A stretch of DNA of 64,000 nucleotides from an uncultured Nitrososphaeraceae archaeon (lineage in GTDB: Archaea > Thermoproteota > Nitrososphaeria > Nitrososphaerales > Nitrososphaeraceae): the NCBI GenBank assembly GCA_963765895.1, contig CAVXZB010000023.1, positions 237,879-301,878 of the forward strand, written 5' to 3'. The notes under the pieces were generated by a model. That model was not told the DNA's origin, made no database searches, and was given only the letters and a program-made list of their open reading frames with translations. Positions within the stretch are counted from its first letter, which is position 1, and each line of letters starts with the position of its first letter. A program made the translations under genes and the position numbers. Of the stretch, positions 11,262-23,390 are shown piece by piece.

Positions 11262-11727
11262 TTATTTTATTACCAGAACGGGACATGTAGAGTAGGTTGC
11301 CACTCCTAAGGCAACGCTCCCGAGCAGTAGTCTTTTGAATCCCGACAGCCCTCTGGTTCCCATCACAATCAAGTCTGCGTTTTGCTCTTCGGCATATTCT
11401 ACAATCGCAGATTCAACTGATAACTGAGTATCGACTATTTCAGTCCTAAACTTGATTTGAGTCAGCTTCAGCATCTTGAATAACTTTTTCGAACCACTCT
11501 TTGGTTCTCAATTCTCTTTTCTCCCTATCATGTTCAGTTTCATTTGGGGCGGGTGCAAGTCCGTAAGATGATAACGACTTATGAAGCACAGTTATGGCAA
11601 TCAGTTCTGCTGAGCATGATTTGGCTAACTCGATTGCGTAATGAGCAGCGTCTCTAGAGGACTCCGAGCCATCGATTGCCAATAATATCTTGGAGAAGCC
11701 GCCAACCGTTACACCACTTGTATTCAT
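11262..11727 (-). CDS. Universal stress protein (UspA family), frameshift ~11455
   Basis: [12 protein letters not shown] in one frame; [23 protein letters not shown] in the next. Confidence 0.9.
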
Positions 11728-12030
11728 AGGCAAATTTGCCTCATATACGATCACATCTTTATGAGTAATAAATACTGTTTGCAATGAATTTAGACAAGAT
11801 AGGATTAATAGATACAGCGCTAGATCGATTTTAACGTATTAAGAATATTGACATGCACGCCACCTTTAGCATTACAAGACAGTTTAGTTAAGAAGTTGGT
11901 TTCTGCACCGCAAAGGTTTACATTATTTATCAAAATACGCCGAAGGGAGTCCATTGACTGTGACTCTACTTTCAAAGGCAGCAAACCATAATTATTTAAT
12001 AGTACCTTACTGATTCAAAGTCCGATTCGA

Positions 12031-12237
12031 ATGGGCAAAATCGAAAAGGGTATTAATTGCGATGTTCAGGGTTGTGACGAAAAGGCAGAAAGATCCATGA
12101 GCGGATCGAAAGCGGCTATGGCCACTAGTTTGACTGTCAACTCCGGTAAGAGGGTCTATCTTTGTAGGACTCATTACAAAGAGTGGAAGAAAGCAACAAA
12201 GGAAGATAGAGAAACTGAAAGAGCTCGTTGGGGTTAG
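12031..12237 (+). CDS. Small conserved archaeal zinc-binding protein
   Basis: CDVQGC...LCRTHY pattern, basic and coding-like; ATG with TATA-like element upstream. Confidence 0.75.
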   Translation: MGKIEKGINCDVQGCDEKAERSMSGSKAAMATSLTVNSGKRVYLCRTHYKEWKKATKEDRETERARWG

Positions 12238-12957
12238 ATAGTCAGTACTCATTTCAGCTTTTTAAGCTGCATAATCAGTACCTAAAAGAGTAATATCGTT
12301 TATGAATCGATACTCTCGAGATAGAGTATAAATTGTCAAAAGGTGGAATTTACCTTAGTGAACTTTGCCATCATGACCAGGTCAACCAAGAAAATACTAT
12401 TGGCAAGGTAATTCCTATTCATTAGTATAGTTGTTGAACTGAATTATGATCCATCCAAAAGGATGTCGATTGCGAATTAATTTGAATCTCAGAGGTTCAT
12501 CATGTATAAAAATCCGAAAGGCATTATCTGCATTAGTCGAAAGTTAGTGGACTTGGTCCAGACAAATTTCAAATATTAGATTCAAAGGTGTCAAAGGGCG
12601 AAAGATAGAGATAAAGTTCTCGCAAGTGTAAGTTGTGATGAACCCGAATCCGGAAAAATTAGCACAAGTAGGTCAGCAAGAACAAGATATGTTTTTGCCG
12701 CTGATCGGTTTGTTTTATCTAGATTGCCTAGGGGATACGATAACGGCTCATTTAGAGAAGATGATAAGTAGTATCGAAAAGATTGTATAATTCAGAATAA
12801 AGGATCATCCAAATTCTCAGTTTAAGTAAAACACTGGACTTGTTAGCCCTTTGCAAATGAGCATGATGAGTTGCAATATGGTTTAAGTTAAAAGCCCTGC
12901 TACGACAGTCCAAAGCCTTTAATCCAACTCGCCTGCATACATCTCTTCAACTGACAA

Positions 12958-14863
12958 ATGCGCCTATTACAACTTCATTCAGATTTTGTAGAATATGAGC
13001 CAGTAGATAAAGAAATTAGCGAAGCTGAAGTAATTATCTCAAAATCTAAGCAACGAATCGAAGAAGTCGTATTGAATCTAATAACAGTAGAACTTGGGGA
13101 TGACGAAGAAGTAGTGTCTGCAGCACTTGAAGAGATCCATAGTTATTTGGCAAAGGTAAAAAGCAAAAAGATATTAATTTATCCTTACTCTCATTTAAGT
13201 TCAAATCTTGCTCCTCCAAATATTGCGTTTAGTATATTGAAATCTATAGAATCATCTGCAAGAAAATCATTAGAGGTCTACAGGGCACCCTTTGGATGGA
13301 CCAAATCACTTAATGTCAAGGTTAAAGGACACCCCTTGGCTGAGAATTTCAGAATATTTTCTAAGAGTGAATCGTCCATTGGCCAAGATCATGTTTCGAA
13401 GGCTCATGGTTCTGAAGACGACATTTCTCATGCATTAAAGGCAGAAGAGAAATTAGCCTCCTCATGGTTCATTATGAAGCCAGGTGGCAAGATGATTCCT
13501 GTGAATCAGTATAAATTCGAGGAAGGTGAAGATAATCTAAAAATTCTTGCAAATTACGAAATTTTGAAGAAAAGGTCTGTCGAGGAGGTACCTCCACATG
13601 TTAGACTAATGAAAAAGATGTCTATCGCAGATTATGAACCAGCATCTGATGCTGGCAACATGCGGTTTTACCCAAAGGGGAGACTAATGAAATCTTTGAT
13701 AGAACGATACGTTACAGATCGCGTAATTGCCTCTGGTGGTATGGAAATAGAGACTCCTATAATGTATGATTCCAAACATCCATCTATGGAGAGCTATTTT
13801 AATAGATTTCCGGCTCGTCAGTATAGTATCCTCTCTGACAATAATCGGCAATTTTTTCTAAGGTTTGCCGCCTGCTTTGGGCAGTTTCTAATGGCAAGAG
13901 ATTTTCAGCTGTCATATAAACATTTACCAATTAGACTTTATGAACTTAGTAGATATAGTTTTCGAAGAGAAAAGAGTGGTGAGCTTGTCGGGCTCCGCCG
14001 TCTAAGGGCTTTTAGCATGCCAGATTGCCACGCATTTTGTAAGGATATGAACCAAGCAAAGGAAGAATTCCTGAGGAGGTTCAGATTATCGATGGAAGTA
14101 ATAGATGGTTTAGGATTATCAACTAGAGGAGATCTTGAAATGGCGATACGCTTTACGGAAGAATTTTACCAAGACAACGAAGATTTCATAAGGGAGATTG
14201 TAAGTAAGTTTGGAAAGTCTGTCTTGATTGAAACGTGGCGAGAACGCTTTTTTTATTTTACATTAAAATGGGAATTTAACTTCGTGGACAATCTTGGTAA
14301 AGCCTCGGCCTTATCTACAGATCAGATTGATGTAGAGAATGGAGAACGATATGGTATCGAATTTGTAGACGAAGACGGTAGTATTAAGTATCCTATAATT
14401 TTACACAATTCGCCAAGTGGCGCAGTAGAACGCGTGATATATGCGCTGTTAGAGAAAGGCAGCAAAATTTGCAAGGATGGGCAACAAACCCACATTTCCA
14501 TTATGGCTTATTCACACCCAGGTTCGAATTATTCCAGTCTCGAGGCTACACATGAACTTTTGCGAGAAAATGCTGGAATACCTCTGTAGCATGAGAATTA
14601 GAACAGATTTAGACGACCGAGAAGAATCTGTTTCGAAAAGAATTAGGGAATCTGAAACTGAATGGATAAGATACACACTGGTAGTCGGTGACAAGGAAAT
14701 AGAGGAGGAGAGATTTATGATTCGTGACAGAGTTCTAGGAAGGCAAAGGATCATGGCATTGAAAGATCTGGTTATTGAGATACATTCTGAAACTGAAGAT
14801 AAGCCTTACCAACAACTGAATCTGCCTAGTCACCTTTCAAAGAGACCGCAAATAATGGTCTGA
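12958..14863 (+). CDS. thrS: Threonyl-tRNA synthetase, archaeal type (+1 frameshift ~14480)
   Basis: Archaeal editing domain (YPYSHLSS, RAPFGW), FRREKSGEL..LRRLRAF, HNSPSGAVER; anticodon-binding domain in ORF 14477..14863. Confidence 0.96.
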
Positions 14864-16292
14864 ATTCCCGCCACTTTCAAATCTTCAATGGAAGATGATA
14901 GTTAACGAGTTATCTGAGTTACCTCGCAATTTTGGATGAGAATTACAGTAGAATTTCGTTGCCCAAATACGATATTCACTAGGTTTCAACCAAAAGTTTG
15001 AGTCATTTTACCATGTCAGGTTTTATTTAGACTGACTCGAAAAAACCCATCAAGTGGTATATCAAATTATGGACATTGAGTCTAATAAGTTATTAAATAA
15101 ATATACAATTGGCCGACTGGAAAGTTAGTGTTTGCATTGATGATAAAAGATCTAGAATCTAACGAAGCATATGCCCTGGGAACAAATATCAATGCGACCC
15201 TCCGCAATTTTAATACAGCCTCATACGTTGAATGAGGGGTTCATTTTTAGTTTTCTTTATGAGATCTCAACTTTGGATTGATAATTTGGCTATTCCAAAG
15301 TTATGCTCCGTTTGTCCAACGTAATTATCGTAATTTGAACTGTATTCCCATTAAGAGGGATTTGACACAACTGTCGTAATTATAAAGCCAGACTCGTGTT
15401 GTATCAAACCAGTTTTTATCAATCTTCAATTGATGCAAGGTAGTATTCTAGGAGGCGGATTCATCTGGGACATGAAGAGTATCAAATAGCACTTATTCGA
15501 ACTTTTAGTAAATGATTATAAGGACTTTCTGACAATGGTTCTGTATCTACGATAAGTAAAGCGGAAAGCGATAGTATGATTCTAATAATGATTACGACCC
15601 GGCGACTCATGATATATGGTTTAGGTAGTTGTTCGACTGTCATAACTTAACTCTGAACTATAAATATTTCTTTAAAGAGGTATATTCTATTTAGGAATTT
15701 TGCCGTCACCCAATTCATGAACGTAAAGTCTTATAGATGATATTGTTCAAAGTACTCACGTGATTTATCAATTGAATTGAACAAATTTTCTATTGAATCA
15801 ATTTCGAGCACAGATGAATTGGGAATTTGAAATATAGATATTCAATCACTAGAATCAAGATATAAATTCGAATTCCCCGTTCACTTATCTGAGTCGTTCT
15901 GATGAAGTAATCTCGATTTATTTGACTGTTCTTGTCACTTCGTATGATTAGGTTCAGAAAATAAAATGGTGTATGTTGAGTACGAAGTCGAATTCATAAT
16001 TGAGATACTAAGGCTTAACCCATGAGAACAAAATAGGATCAAATGTTAGGATAAGTAGTTGATAAATAGTTAACAATTCCTGTGAAAAATTTGCTGTGAA
16101 AAAAAGCAATAGCTGGGATTTTTTATGGTCCTTATTCACTCACCTAGATAGAGTTGTTTTTACACAAATTTGCTTTCAGTATTGTGTAAGGAGTACATTT
16201 ATCAATACCGCAGATAAATCATAGCGGATATACATATGCAATTAAGGATATTGTGCAGCATCTAATCGCTTCCCCCGGGACGCAGGTTTAGG

Positions 16293-16628
16293 TTAACTCT
16301 TCAAGTGATATTTCTCAATTGGTGCAGTACCTTCTTTATACGTAATAGTTAGTGTATCACCCACTTTATAATGACAATTCGAAATTGAGCGAGGTTCACG
16401 GTCTGATGACTCAACTATACATGTACCTTGATCATCCTTAATTACAACTCGGGCATTATCAGTAATTTCCCTCCTGAATAGATCCTTCAACGGAAACCCA
16501 AAGAGGAATTGAACGCCAAAAACCGCCCCTATAATAACTAAAATAGCAAGTGCAGCCATTTTCTTGCCAGACATTTTAGAGAAAGGAGATGAGTCCATAT
16601 CAGATCCAGAATCGAAATCGTATCCCAC
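16293..16628 (-). CDS. Single-TM hypothetical protein with small beta domain
   Basis: One TM helix and two Cys in the soluble part. Confidence 0.65.
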   Translation of the reverse strand: MGYDFDSGSDMDSSPFSKMSGKKMAALAILVIIGAVFGVQFLFGFPLKDLFRREITDNARVVIKDDQGTCIVESSDREPRSISNCHYKVGDTLTITYKEGTAPIEKYHLKS

Positions 16629-17278
16629 TAATTATGCACAGTATTTACTATGCTGATATGCGATTTAAGAATATATCATTGCAAGGCCTTGTTCTAAATA
16701 ATTTTAGAGGTATTGAGAGTTAATTTACTGCCGGACACTGACCTCAAAGAAAAGAAATACATTCTAAACATTGAGCTCAATGCCGTTATCCCCTATCTTA
16801 CCTCGTATGCCAATACAGAAATTCTCTCTAGCCGTTTAAGTTAGTAATGCAATGAATGTTAGTGCTAATTATGCCATAGGCGCTGTCATCTATCGGAGTC
16901 TATTCTTATCTAGTATGGCAGAATACTGTAAGTCAAATAATTATGCTTAAGTTGACAAGTGTTATCACTACCAAATTACAATCGATTACAACCCTCTGCC
17001 AAAATGCAAAGTTGGAAGTCTTCATAAATTCAATCGCTTGTGATTTCATGATAATACCTTTATCTCTGGAGATTAGATTATATTTTATTCTACTATCATT
17101 CAAATGAAACTGTCATAATTTATATAGAATTAATTGAATGTTCTAAATCCGACACCATAAATTTATCCTAAAAGTGTTCATGATTATTTACTTGGGTGAT
17201 TCCATCTTTCATCAGAATTCAAATAATAGTCAAAGTTAAGAGTGTGGTCCAATAAACTCTAGTATTTAGATATAGATC

Positions 17279-17899
17279 ATGGCCAATAGACGAATAGACG
17301 AAAACAGGAAGTCTCTCGAAGATTACGGAACAAGGGTAAAATCGCTTAAGAAAATGGCCGCGACGGGTATTATATTAATTTTGGCTGTGGGTATTCTGAC
17401 TATTTTCTTGGAAGGCCTCATTCCTGAAACTTATCTGAGATACGTAAAGATTGTAGAAGTGGGTATTATCGGATATTTCTTCATACAGGTTGTAAGTGAA
17501 GCAATTTATAGAGTAACACGCGATTACTTTCAAGCAAACGCAAGTGCCATAAAGGCTTTCGTCAGAATCACTACTGCAATCATATTTGCAGCCATTATCC
17601 TCTCATATCTTAGCGACGATCCGTTCTTGGCGGCATCTATCACTACTGTAGCGGGCTTGGTTCTTGCCTTTGCCTCACAGACAGTTATGGGTAATATGAT
17701 AGCAGGGTTATATCTATCACTTACGCGACCATTCAAGATTGGGGATAAAATAACAGTCTTTGGAAATACTGGGACTATCTTTGAAATAGGACTGCTATAT
17801 ACCCGGTTGATATCTGAGCACGGGGATACCATTTTGGCGCCAAGTTCTGCATTAGTGAATTCGGCCATAGTATTGCATCGCGGTCAAAATAAGACTTGA
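17279..17899 (+). CDS. Small-conductance mechanosensitive channel (MscS family)
   Basis: TM helices followed by SQTVMGNMIAG..RPFKIGDKI..G.I.EIGLLYT. Confidence 0.9.
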   Translation: MANRRIDENRKSLEDYGTRVKSLKKMAATGIILILAVGILTIFLEGLIPETYLRYVKIVEVGIIGYFFIQVVSEAIYRVTRDYFQANASAIKAFVRITTAIIFAAIILSYLSDDPFLAASITTVAGLVLAFASQTVMGNMIAGLYLSLTRPFKIGDKITVFGNTGTIFEIGLLYTRLISEHGDTILAPSSALVNSAIVLHRGQNKT

Positions 17900-18023
17900 G
17901 CAAGGAATTCATTTTTGTTACTGGATATGTCGCAAAAATGGTTTACCTCTGAATAATCAAAATACTGATTATTAGTGCGATATTCGTTAGGTATAAAGCA
18001 CGTATAACAAATAATGTTATTTA

Positions 18024-18647
18024 ATGTCAATAGAGAGAAGAGATAAACACTTCAGTGAATCTATCACTATATCACTTGCTATAGTCGCTGTTGCTTCTTT
18101 ACTTGCCACGACCTTGGGGGTATTTGTAGTTAGTTCAATGAAGGATATGATGATCTTTGCGCAGCCTGGTTACCCCTCCGAGGCGGGCAAATACAAGTTC
18201 GGCACTATCTCAAGTGTCCAGCTTGATAAGACTGGCAAACCAGAATGGATTCTTTCTGGGCACTGGAAATCAAATTTATTAAATGCAATATCGAACTCTA
18301 CGGCTAGCCATGGCAACCTATCATTTACTCCCGTATTTGATGCATCAATTAGAATGGTGATGGTAAACGGTTCTGCGTTGCATTCCCACACAATCACTAA
18401 CTTCAACCTATCAAAAATATCTTCGCCGAACAACAATACGAAGCAATTCAATGGCACGGTCACTGCAAGCCTGAGAAATGGTCCAGTTACTGGTATTCCG
18501 GTCAGCATAAAGTTTCTTGGAAATGATGTTATAAGCTTGTGGCTTGACCCGATGAAGATCAAGAATCATTATGGAAGTACCCCAATTTTCGGTTTCGAGG
18601 CCAACCCTAGCAAAAGACCAATGCCCCCACAGAGAAACGCTCACTAA
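18024..18647 (+). CDS. Secreted or membrane-anchored hypothetical protein
   Basis: N-terminal hydrophobic helix and a beta-rich domain (GTISSVQ, WILSGHW, HYGSTPIFG). Confidence 0.7.
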   Translation: MSIERRDKHFSESITISLAIVAVASLLATTLGVFVVSSMKDMMIFAQPGYPSEAGKYKFGTISSVQLDKTGKPEWILSGHWKSNLLNAISNSTASHGNLSFTPVFDASIRMVMVNGSALHSHTITNFNLSKISSPNNNTKQFNGTVTASLRNGPVTGIPVSIKFLGNDVISLWLDPMKIKNHYGSTPIFGFEANPSKRPMPPQRNAH

Positions 18648-19003
18648 ATCTTATAAATAGATCATTCGTTTCTTCTTACGTCATTATTTCTATCACAGCA
18701 CAAAAGCATAACCAGATAGGTAGATAGAGTCACAGATTCGAATTTAACTGCTGGTATCTCTGGGCAAGATCTCTACAATAGACCAGATCTTTCAGTTGTT
18801 CAATTCTCTCTAAATAGCGATCACATCATAAATTAGGCGCGAATTAGCCTATTTACTTTCTAATCTATTCAGGAATTTGTTATGTAGAGAGGTAATCAGT
18901 GACCCTTTGAATTAGGGCAATGGTAAATCCTCTATATTATTCAGAACATTTGACTTCTATTGATAGTTAATTTTTTATATACGGAAGAGTCCAATCCCAA
19001 TTC

Positions 19004-20002
19004 ATGCTAGAACAAGAGAAAAATCCTCGTCTTAGTAGTTTTTGCATCTATCTATGCAGTTCAATTCTAATTAGCTTGCTTGTAATAAGCACTATTACTA
19101 CTCACCAGGTATATCCAATCGGACCAGAACAGTACTCCTTTGTTGGAAAATGGGGATCAAAAGGTGTAGGTCACGGCTCGTTTGCGCAGCCGGCTGGCAT
19201 AACAACAGATTCGAATAGAAATGTGTATGTAGGAGATCTCACAGGGATCAGCGGCAAGATACAAAAATTTACTGGCAACGGCACATTCATTACTTCTTGG
19301 GGAAATTTAGGGTTTGGTCCTGGAACATTTACAAATCCGACCCAGCTTTCTACAGATTCTAATGATAACATATACGTAGCCGATTTAGGGAATGCTGAGA
19401 CTGCTGTTCAGAAATTTACTAGCAACGGCACATTCATTACTTCTTGGGGTTCAACAGGATTATCTGATGGACAGTTTATAAATCCGAGTGGGATTGGCGT
19501 TGATTCTAAAAGCAACGTCTATGTGGCCGATTATGGAGAGAATAATCGTGTCCAAAAGTTTGATAGCAATGGAAACTTTATAGCAAAATGGGGATCTACT
19601 GGTACTGGTGACGGACAGTTTATAAATCCTGCAGATATTGCCATAGATAAGTTAAACAATGTATACGTTGTAGACAGGGGCAATGATCGTGTCCAAAAGT
19701 TTGATAGCAATGGAAACTTTATAGCAAAATGGGGATCTACTGGTACTGGTGACGGACAATTCCAAAGTCCCATAGGTATTAGTACAGATCGGTCTGGGAA
19801 TATTTATGTGGTCGACTTTGGTAATGATCGTGTCCAAAAGTTTGATAGCAATGGAAACTTTATAGCAAAATGGGGATCTACTGGTACTGGTGACGGACAA
19901 TTCCAAAGTCCCATAGGAATCGCAGTTAATTCCAAGGGGATTGTGTACGTTGTCGATGGTGGAAACAGCAGAGTCCAGTCTTTCTCTCTTGCCCCTAAAT
20001 AG
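19004..20002 (+). CDS. Secreted NHL-repeat six-bladed beta-propeller
   Basis: Repeats of F..P.GI..D..GN.YV.D.GN.RVQKF and a signal-like N-terminus. Confidence 0.92.
   Translation: MLEQEKNPRLSSFCIYLCSSILISLLVISTITTHQVYPIGPEQYSFVGKWGSKGVGHGSFAQPAGITTDSNRNVYVGDLTGISGKIQKFTGNGTFITSWGNLGFGPGTFTNPTQLSTDSNDNIYVADLGNAETAVQKFTSNGTFITSWGSTGLSDGQFINPSGIGVDSKSNVYVADYGENNRVQKFDSNGNFIAKWGSTGTGDGQFINPADIAIDKLNNVYVVDRGNDRVQKFDSNGNFIAKWGSTGTGDGQFQSPIGISTDRSGNIYVVDFGNDRVQKFDSNGNFIAKWGSTGTGDGQFQSPIGIAVNSKGIVYVVDGGNSRVQSFSLAPK
19545..19917 (+). repeat. Intragenic 141-bp-period repeats (three copies)
   Basis: Identical ~73-bp block ATCGTGTCCAAAAG...GGTGACGGACA at 19545, 19686 and 19827. Confidence 0.9.
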
Positions 20003-20249
20003 GTTCAATTAAATTAATGACAGTATTTCATTTTTTCTGCGCCTAAGATCTGTCAAATTCATACTTGATATACCAGTCACAAGATATGTGCTTTCAAGTC
20101 AAATTTTTGTCACAGGATATCATCTGGTCAGTACTGGATTATGAAGTAATCACGCGATTAATCCTGGCCATCTGAATGTCACAAGTAATCAAAAACAGAT
20201 ATTGAGATGCATTTAATAATAAAGGTCTAAATTATATAATGAATAAGAT

Positions 20250-21596
20250 ATGCTAAGAAGACTATCATTTTCATTCCTGCTAGTTAGTGTTTTTCTTTTG
20301 TTGTCGATTGGTCCAAACATCAACCTTCGCATGAACTATCAATCGATATATGCCCAGGGGAATGCTGTGAATAATACTAGCAATGTGCCTTCAAGAGTAA
20401 TGGAAATACCGGGTTCTTTGTTTGCCCACAATCCCGGAACACCGGTCTTAAAAGACCTGCACTTGAAAGCAGATATGGTCGTTAGCGGATTGAGCCTTCC
20501 CACCACTATAGCCTTCGTAGGGAATAACGACATCTTGGTATTAGAAAAGGCCAAAGGTACTGTAGAGAGGATCCTAAATGGCAAGGTATTGAGTAAACCT
20601 CTTCTAAAGGTAAACGTGGAATCACAGGTAGAAAGAGGGATGCTTGGAATTGCCGTTGCACATAATAGGAACGGTCCTACGTATGTTTTCTTGTACTTTA
20701 CTGAGAAGACAAATTCATTAACTAGTAATCCTGATGGTAGTGCATCTGTTGCGAATCGTGTATACAGATACGAGTATGTTGGAGGGAGACTCATCAATCC
20801 GAAGATTATTTTGGATCTACCCGCTACTCCAGGACCAAGACATAACGCTGGCTCGATAGTAGTTGGTCCAGATAATAATTTGTACGTCCCAATCGGAGAT
20901 GTAGATGGTCATAGTAGTCAAGCACAGAACGTACCTGACGGAGGACCGGCTGACGGCACAGGTGGGATACTTAGAATCACTCAAGATGGCAAGCCCGTAG
21001 GTAATGGGATACTTGGAACTACCAGTCCTATAAACAAGTACTACGCCTATGGGATACGAAATACCTTTGGATTAGGTTTTGATCCTTTGACTAAAAATTT
21101 GTGGGACACAGAAAATGGTGCAGGTTCAAATGATGAAATTAATTTGGTGAAACCAGGATTTAATAGCGGATGGGTGCAAGTCCAGGGAAAAGCGCCTCCG
21201 GATTTCGACTACTCTCAGTTATTTACCTTTGGCGGTAAGGGTAAATATCACGATCCTGAGTTTTCGTGGCATGATACAACCGGTCCTACTAAGATACTTT
21301 TTCTTAACTCTTCAAAACTAGGGAAAAATTATGAAAATGATGTCTTCGTATCAGATATTCACCATGGTAGAATATTTCATTTTAAGATGAACGCAAATAG
21401 AACAAGTCTAGCATTACAAGGTCCCCTCGCTGATCGAGTATCTGACACAGATAACGAAACAAACGGATTGATATTTGGATCTAATTTTGGTGGCATATCA
21501 GATATGGAAGTCGGTCCTGATGGTTACTTGTACATAGTTTCACTTGGTCGGGGCTCGATATATAAAATAGTTCCTAACCTAGAGATCATAAGATAG
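20250..21596 (+). CDS. PQQ-dependent sugar dehydrogenase (GSDH family)
   Basis: ERGMLGIA, HNAGSI.VGPD..LY, YAYGIRN.FG, DEINL..PG.N.GW; signal peptide. Confidence 0.9.
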   Translation: MLRRLSFSFLLVSVFLLLSIGPNINLRMNYQSIYAQGNAVNNTSNVPSRVMEIPGSLFAHNPGTPVLKDLHLKADMVVSGLSLPTTIAFVGNNDILVLEKAKGTVERILNGKVLSKPLLKVNVESQVERGMLGIAVAHNRNGPTYVFLYFTEKTNSLTSNPDGSASVANRVYRYEYVGGRLINPKIILDLPATPGPRHNAGSIVVGPDNNLYVPIGDVDGHSSQAQNVPDGGPADGTGGILRITQDGKPVGNGILGTTSPINKYYAYGIRNTFGLGFDPLTKNLWDTENGAGSNDEINLVKPGFNSGWVQVQGKAPPDFDYSQLFTFGGKGKYHDPEFSWHDTTGPTKILFLNSSKLGKNYENDVFVSDIHHGRIFHFKMNANRTSLALQGPLADRVSDTDNETNGLIFGSNFGGISDMEVGPDGYLYIVSLGRGSIYKIVPNLEIIR

Positions 21597-22280
21597 TAGT
21601 AGAAGTGCGCGTCCTTCATTCCTCTATCTTTTAGAAACCAGTAATTGTAATATTTGGATAGTTATTTATTATACATTGTAAGTTTTGTTCTGGGTTAATT
21701 GAATTCAATGTGAAGTAACTTCAGATTCGGATTTTTTAGTTCCGCCTGACTGCTCTGCAGTTTCGTTTCATCTCTCTGTTCTGCATTATATAACAGTACC
21801 TAGCGGCTAACTTGGGCATAAATTTAAATTAAACTATCCTCTGGGTTATTGAAGATGTAATCAACAGATTAGGATTCTGTAACGAGGGTGATGATCAGGA
21901 CGTTTGTTCGCCGTTATTATATATTCATATCTAAATCACATATGATATGTCGCAATCTTGCATACGGACGGTTCTCTGACAGCATATGCGACTGTCCTGC
22001 AAGGGTCTTAATTATTTGTGAGTGATAATAATGGCTACAAGTTTTGATGCCTAGGATCTAATGTTGCGTCACGCAGCGCTACACAGAGCACATATCACAA
22101 GTCAATGCAGTCTTGGATAACCCCAGCATGACATTAATAAAAAGAGGTTTCAAGCGCCAATCGCAGAGACTGAGCTTGAATGGCATAATCTAGCTATCGA
22201 AAAATGACTAACAGCATTCCGGACTACTTAACCGTAGCAGATTTATAGACGAGCAACATTACGACATTTATAGAAAAAAT

Positions 22281-23087
22281 TTGTGGACGCCTAATTCCGT
22301 CAATTCCCATCAAAGAAGAATTTCAGAAAATGTTCGCCGCGCCAAAGCTAAATACGCTATAGCAGTCTTGGTTGCGAGCCTAATTATTCAGTTATTACCG
22401 GGGGTACCATTGATGATGCCTTCCCAGCCCTCAACGACAACTAGCAAATCATTTTTGTATTCCATAGTTACACCCGTTCTAGCACAAAAAGTGCCAACAA
22501 ATAGTACGTGCAATTGTACATTAGATACCACTACTTATGGTCACTTGTCTAAGAATGTCTCTGGTATTACTATCCCCAAGGTGAGGATTATACAAAATCA
22601 ATCTTTACAGAGCCAGACTGAGGGCCACCTCACATGGAAATCAGTAAAACCAATGCAGTTGATGGGAATTCTGACCAATGGTTTCTTTCTTGGAAATTTT
22701 TCCAGTGGTACTGCCTCTACGGTTGCACTGAACTCATTAAATGTCAAACCGAATGACTCAATAGGCATTCAAATAGGTGGAGGAACAATCCCGACAACTG
22801 CAAAAGCAGAACTGTTGAAAGCGAATGTGAATGTGAATGGCACGCTCGCTCAAATTAAGACCGTTGGTAAACCGATATCTACTTTTGATGTAAATCACGG
22901 TAAGAATATGAAGATGGCTTTGGCAAAGAATAAACTTCTCGCAGGACTTGATCCTCATCCAAATAACTATCTACTACTCATGTCTTTAACATATGATGAT
23001 GGTGTCAGATCAGCCGGCACATCAGCTAAAGGATTAAACACAAATCCCATTGTGGCTATATATGAGACAGTGTTGCAGGTGGGCTAG
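22281..23087 (+). CDS. Secreted hypothetical protein
   Basis: Long ORF with a hydrophobic segment and S/T/N-rich beta-like body; start uncertain. Confidence 0.6.
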   Translation: MWTPNSVNSHQRRISENVRRAKAKYAIAVLVASLIIQLLPGVPLMMPSQPSTTTSKSFLYSIVTPVLAQKVPTNSTCNCTLDTTTYGHLSKNVSGITIPKVRIIQNQSLQSQTEGHLTWKSVKPMQLMGILTNGFFLGNFSSGTASTVALNSLNVKPNDSIGIQIGGGTIPTTAKAELLKANVNVNGTLAQIKTVGKPISTFDVNHGKNMKMALAKNKLLAGLDPHPNNYLLLMSLTYDDGVRSAGTSAKGLNTNPIVAIYETVLQVG

Positions 23088-23390
23088 AATAGTAACCTAC
23101 TCGTTTAAGGACTGGATAATAACAAAATAGAAGAATATCTTATAGATCTTCCGAAGACTTTCTATGGCTTTTACTAAGAATTATTTTAACGAAATCCTCG
23201 ATTTTGGATCAATAATTGGTAGCAATATTGACATACCTTGAGCACGAATCAATGGTATCTGAATAGAATCAAGTAGTTACTACCAAAAATAAAACTAGCA
23301 TCGTCAAAAAACTTAATTCTCGAATTGGAGTAATTTCACTTTGAAACAGATATTAATTCTACTGATTTAGAGCTATTTTCGAACCTATCA

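Noticed and set aside
12638-12790. 50-aa ORF upstream of thrS (possible leader peptide)
   Set aside because: Not Thr-rich and has no recognisable motif; cannot be supported.
14477-14589. Programmed frameshift or split thrS
   Set aside because: One extra G in a GGG run, matching the window-wide +1 error pattern.
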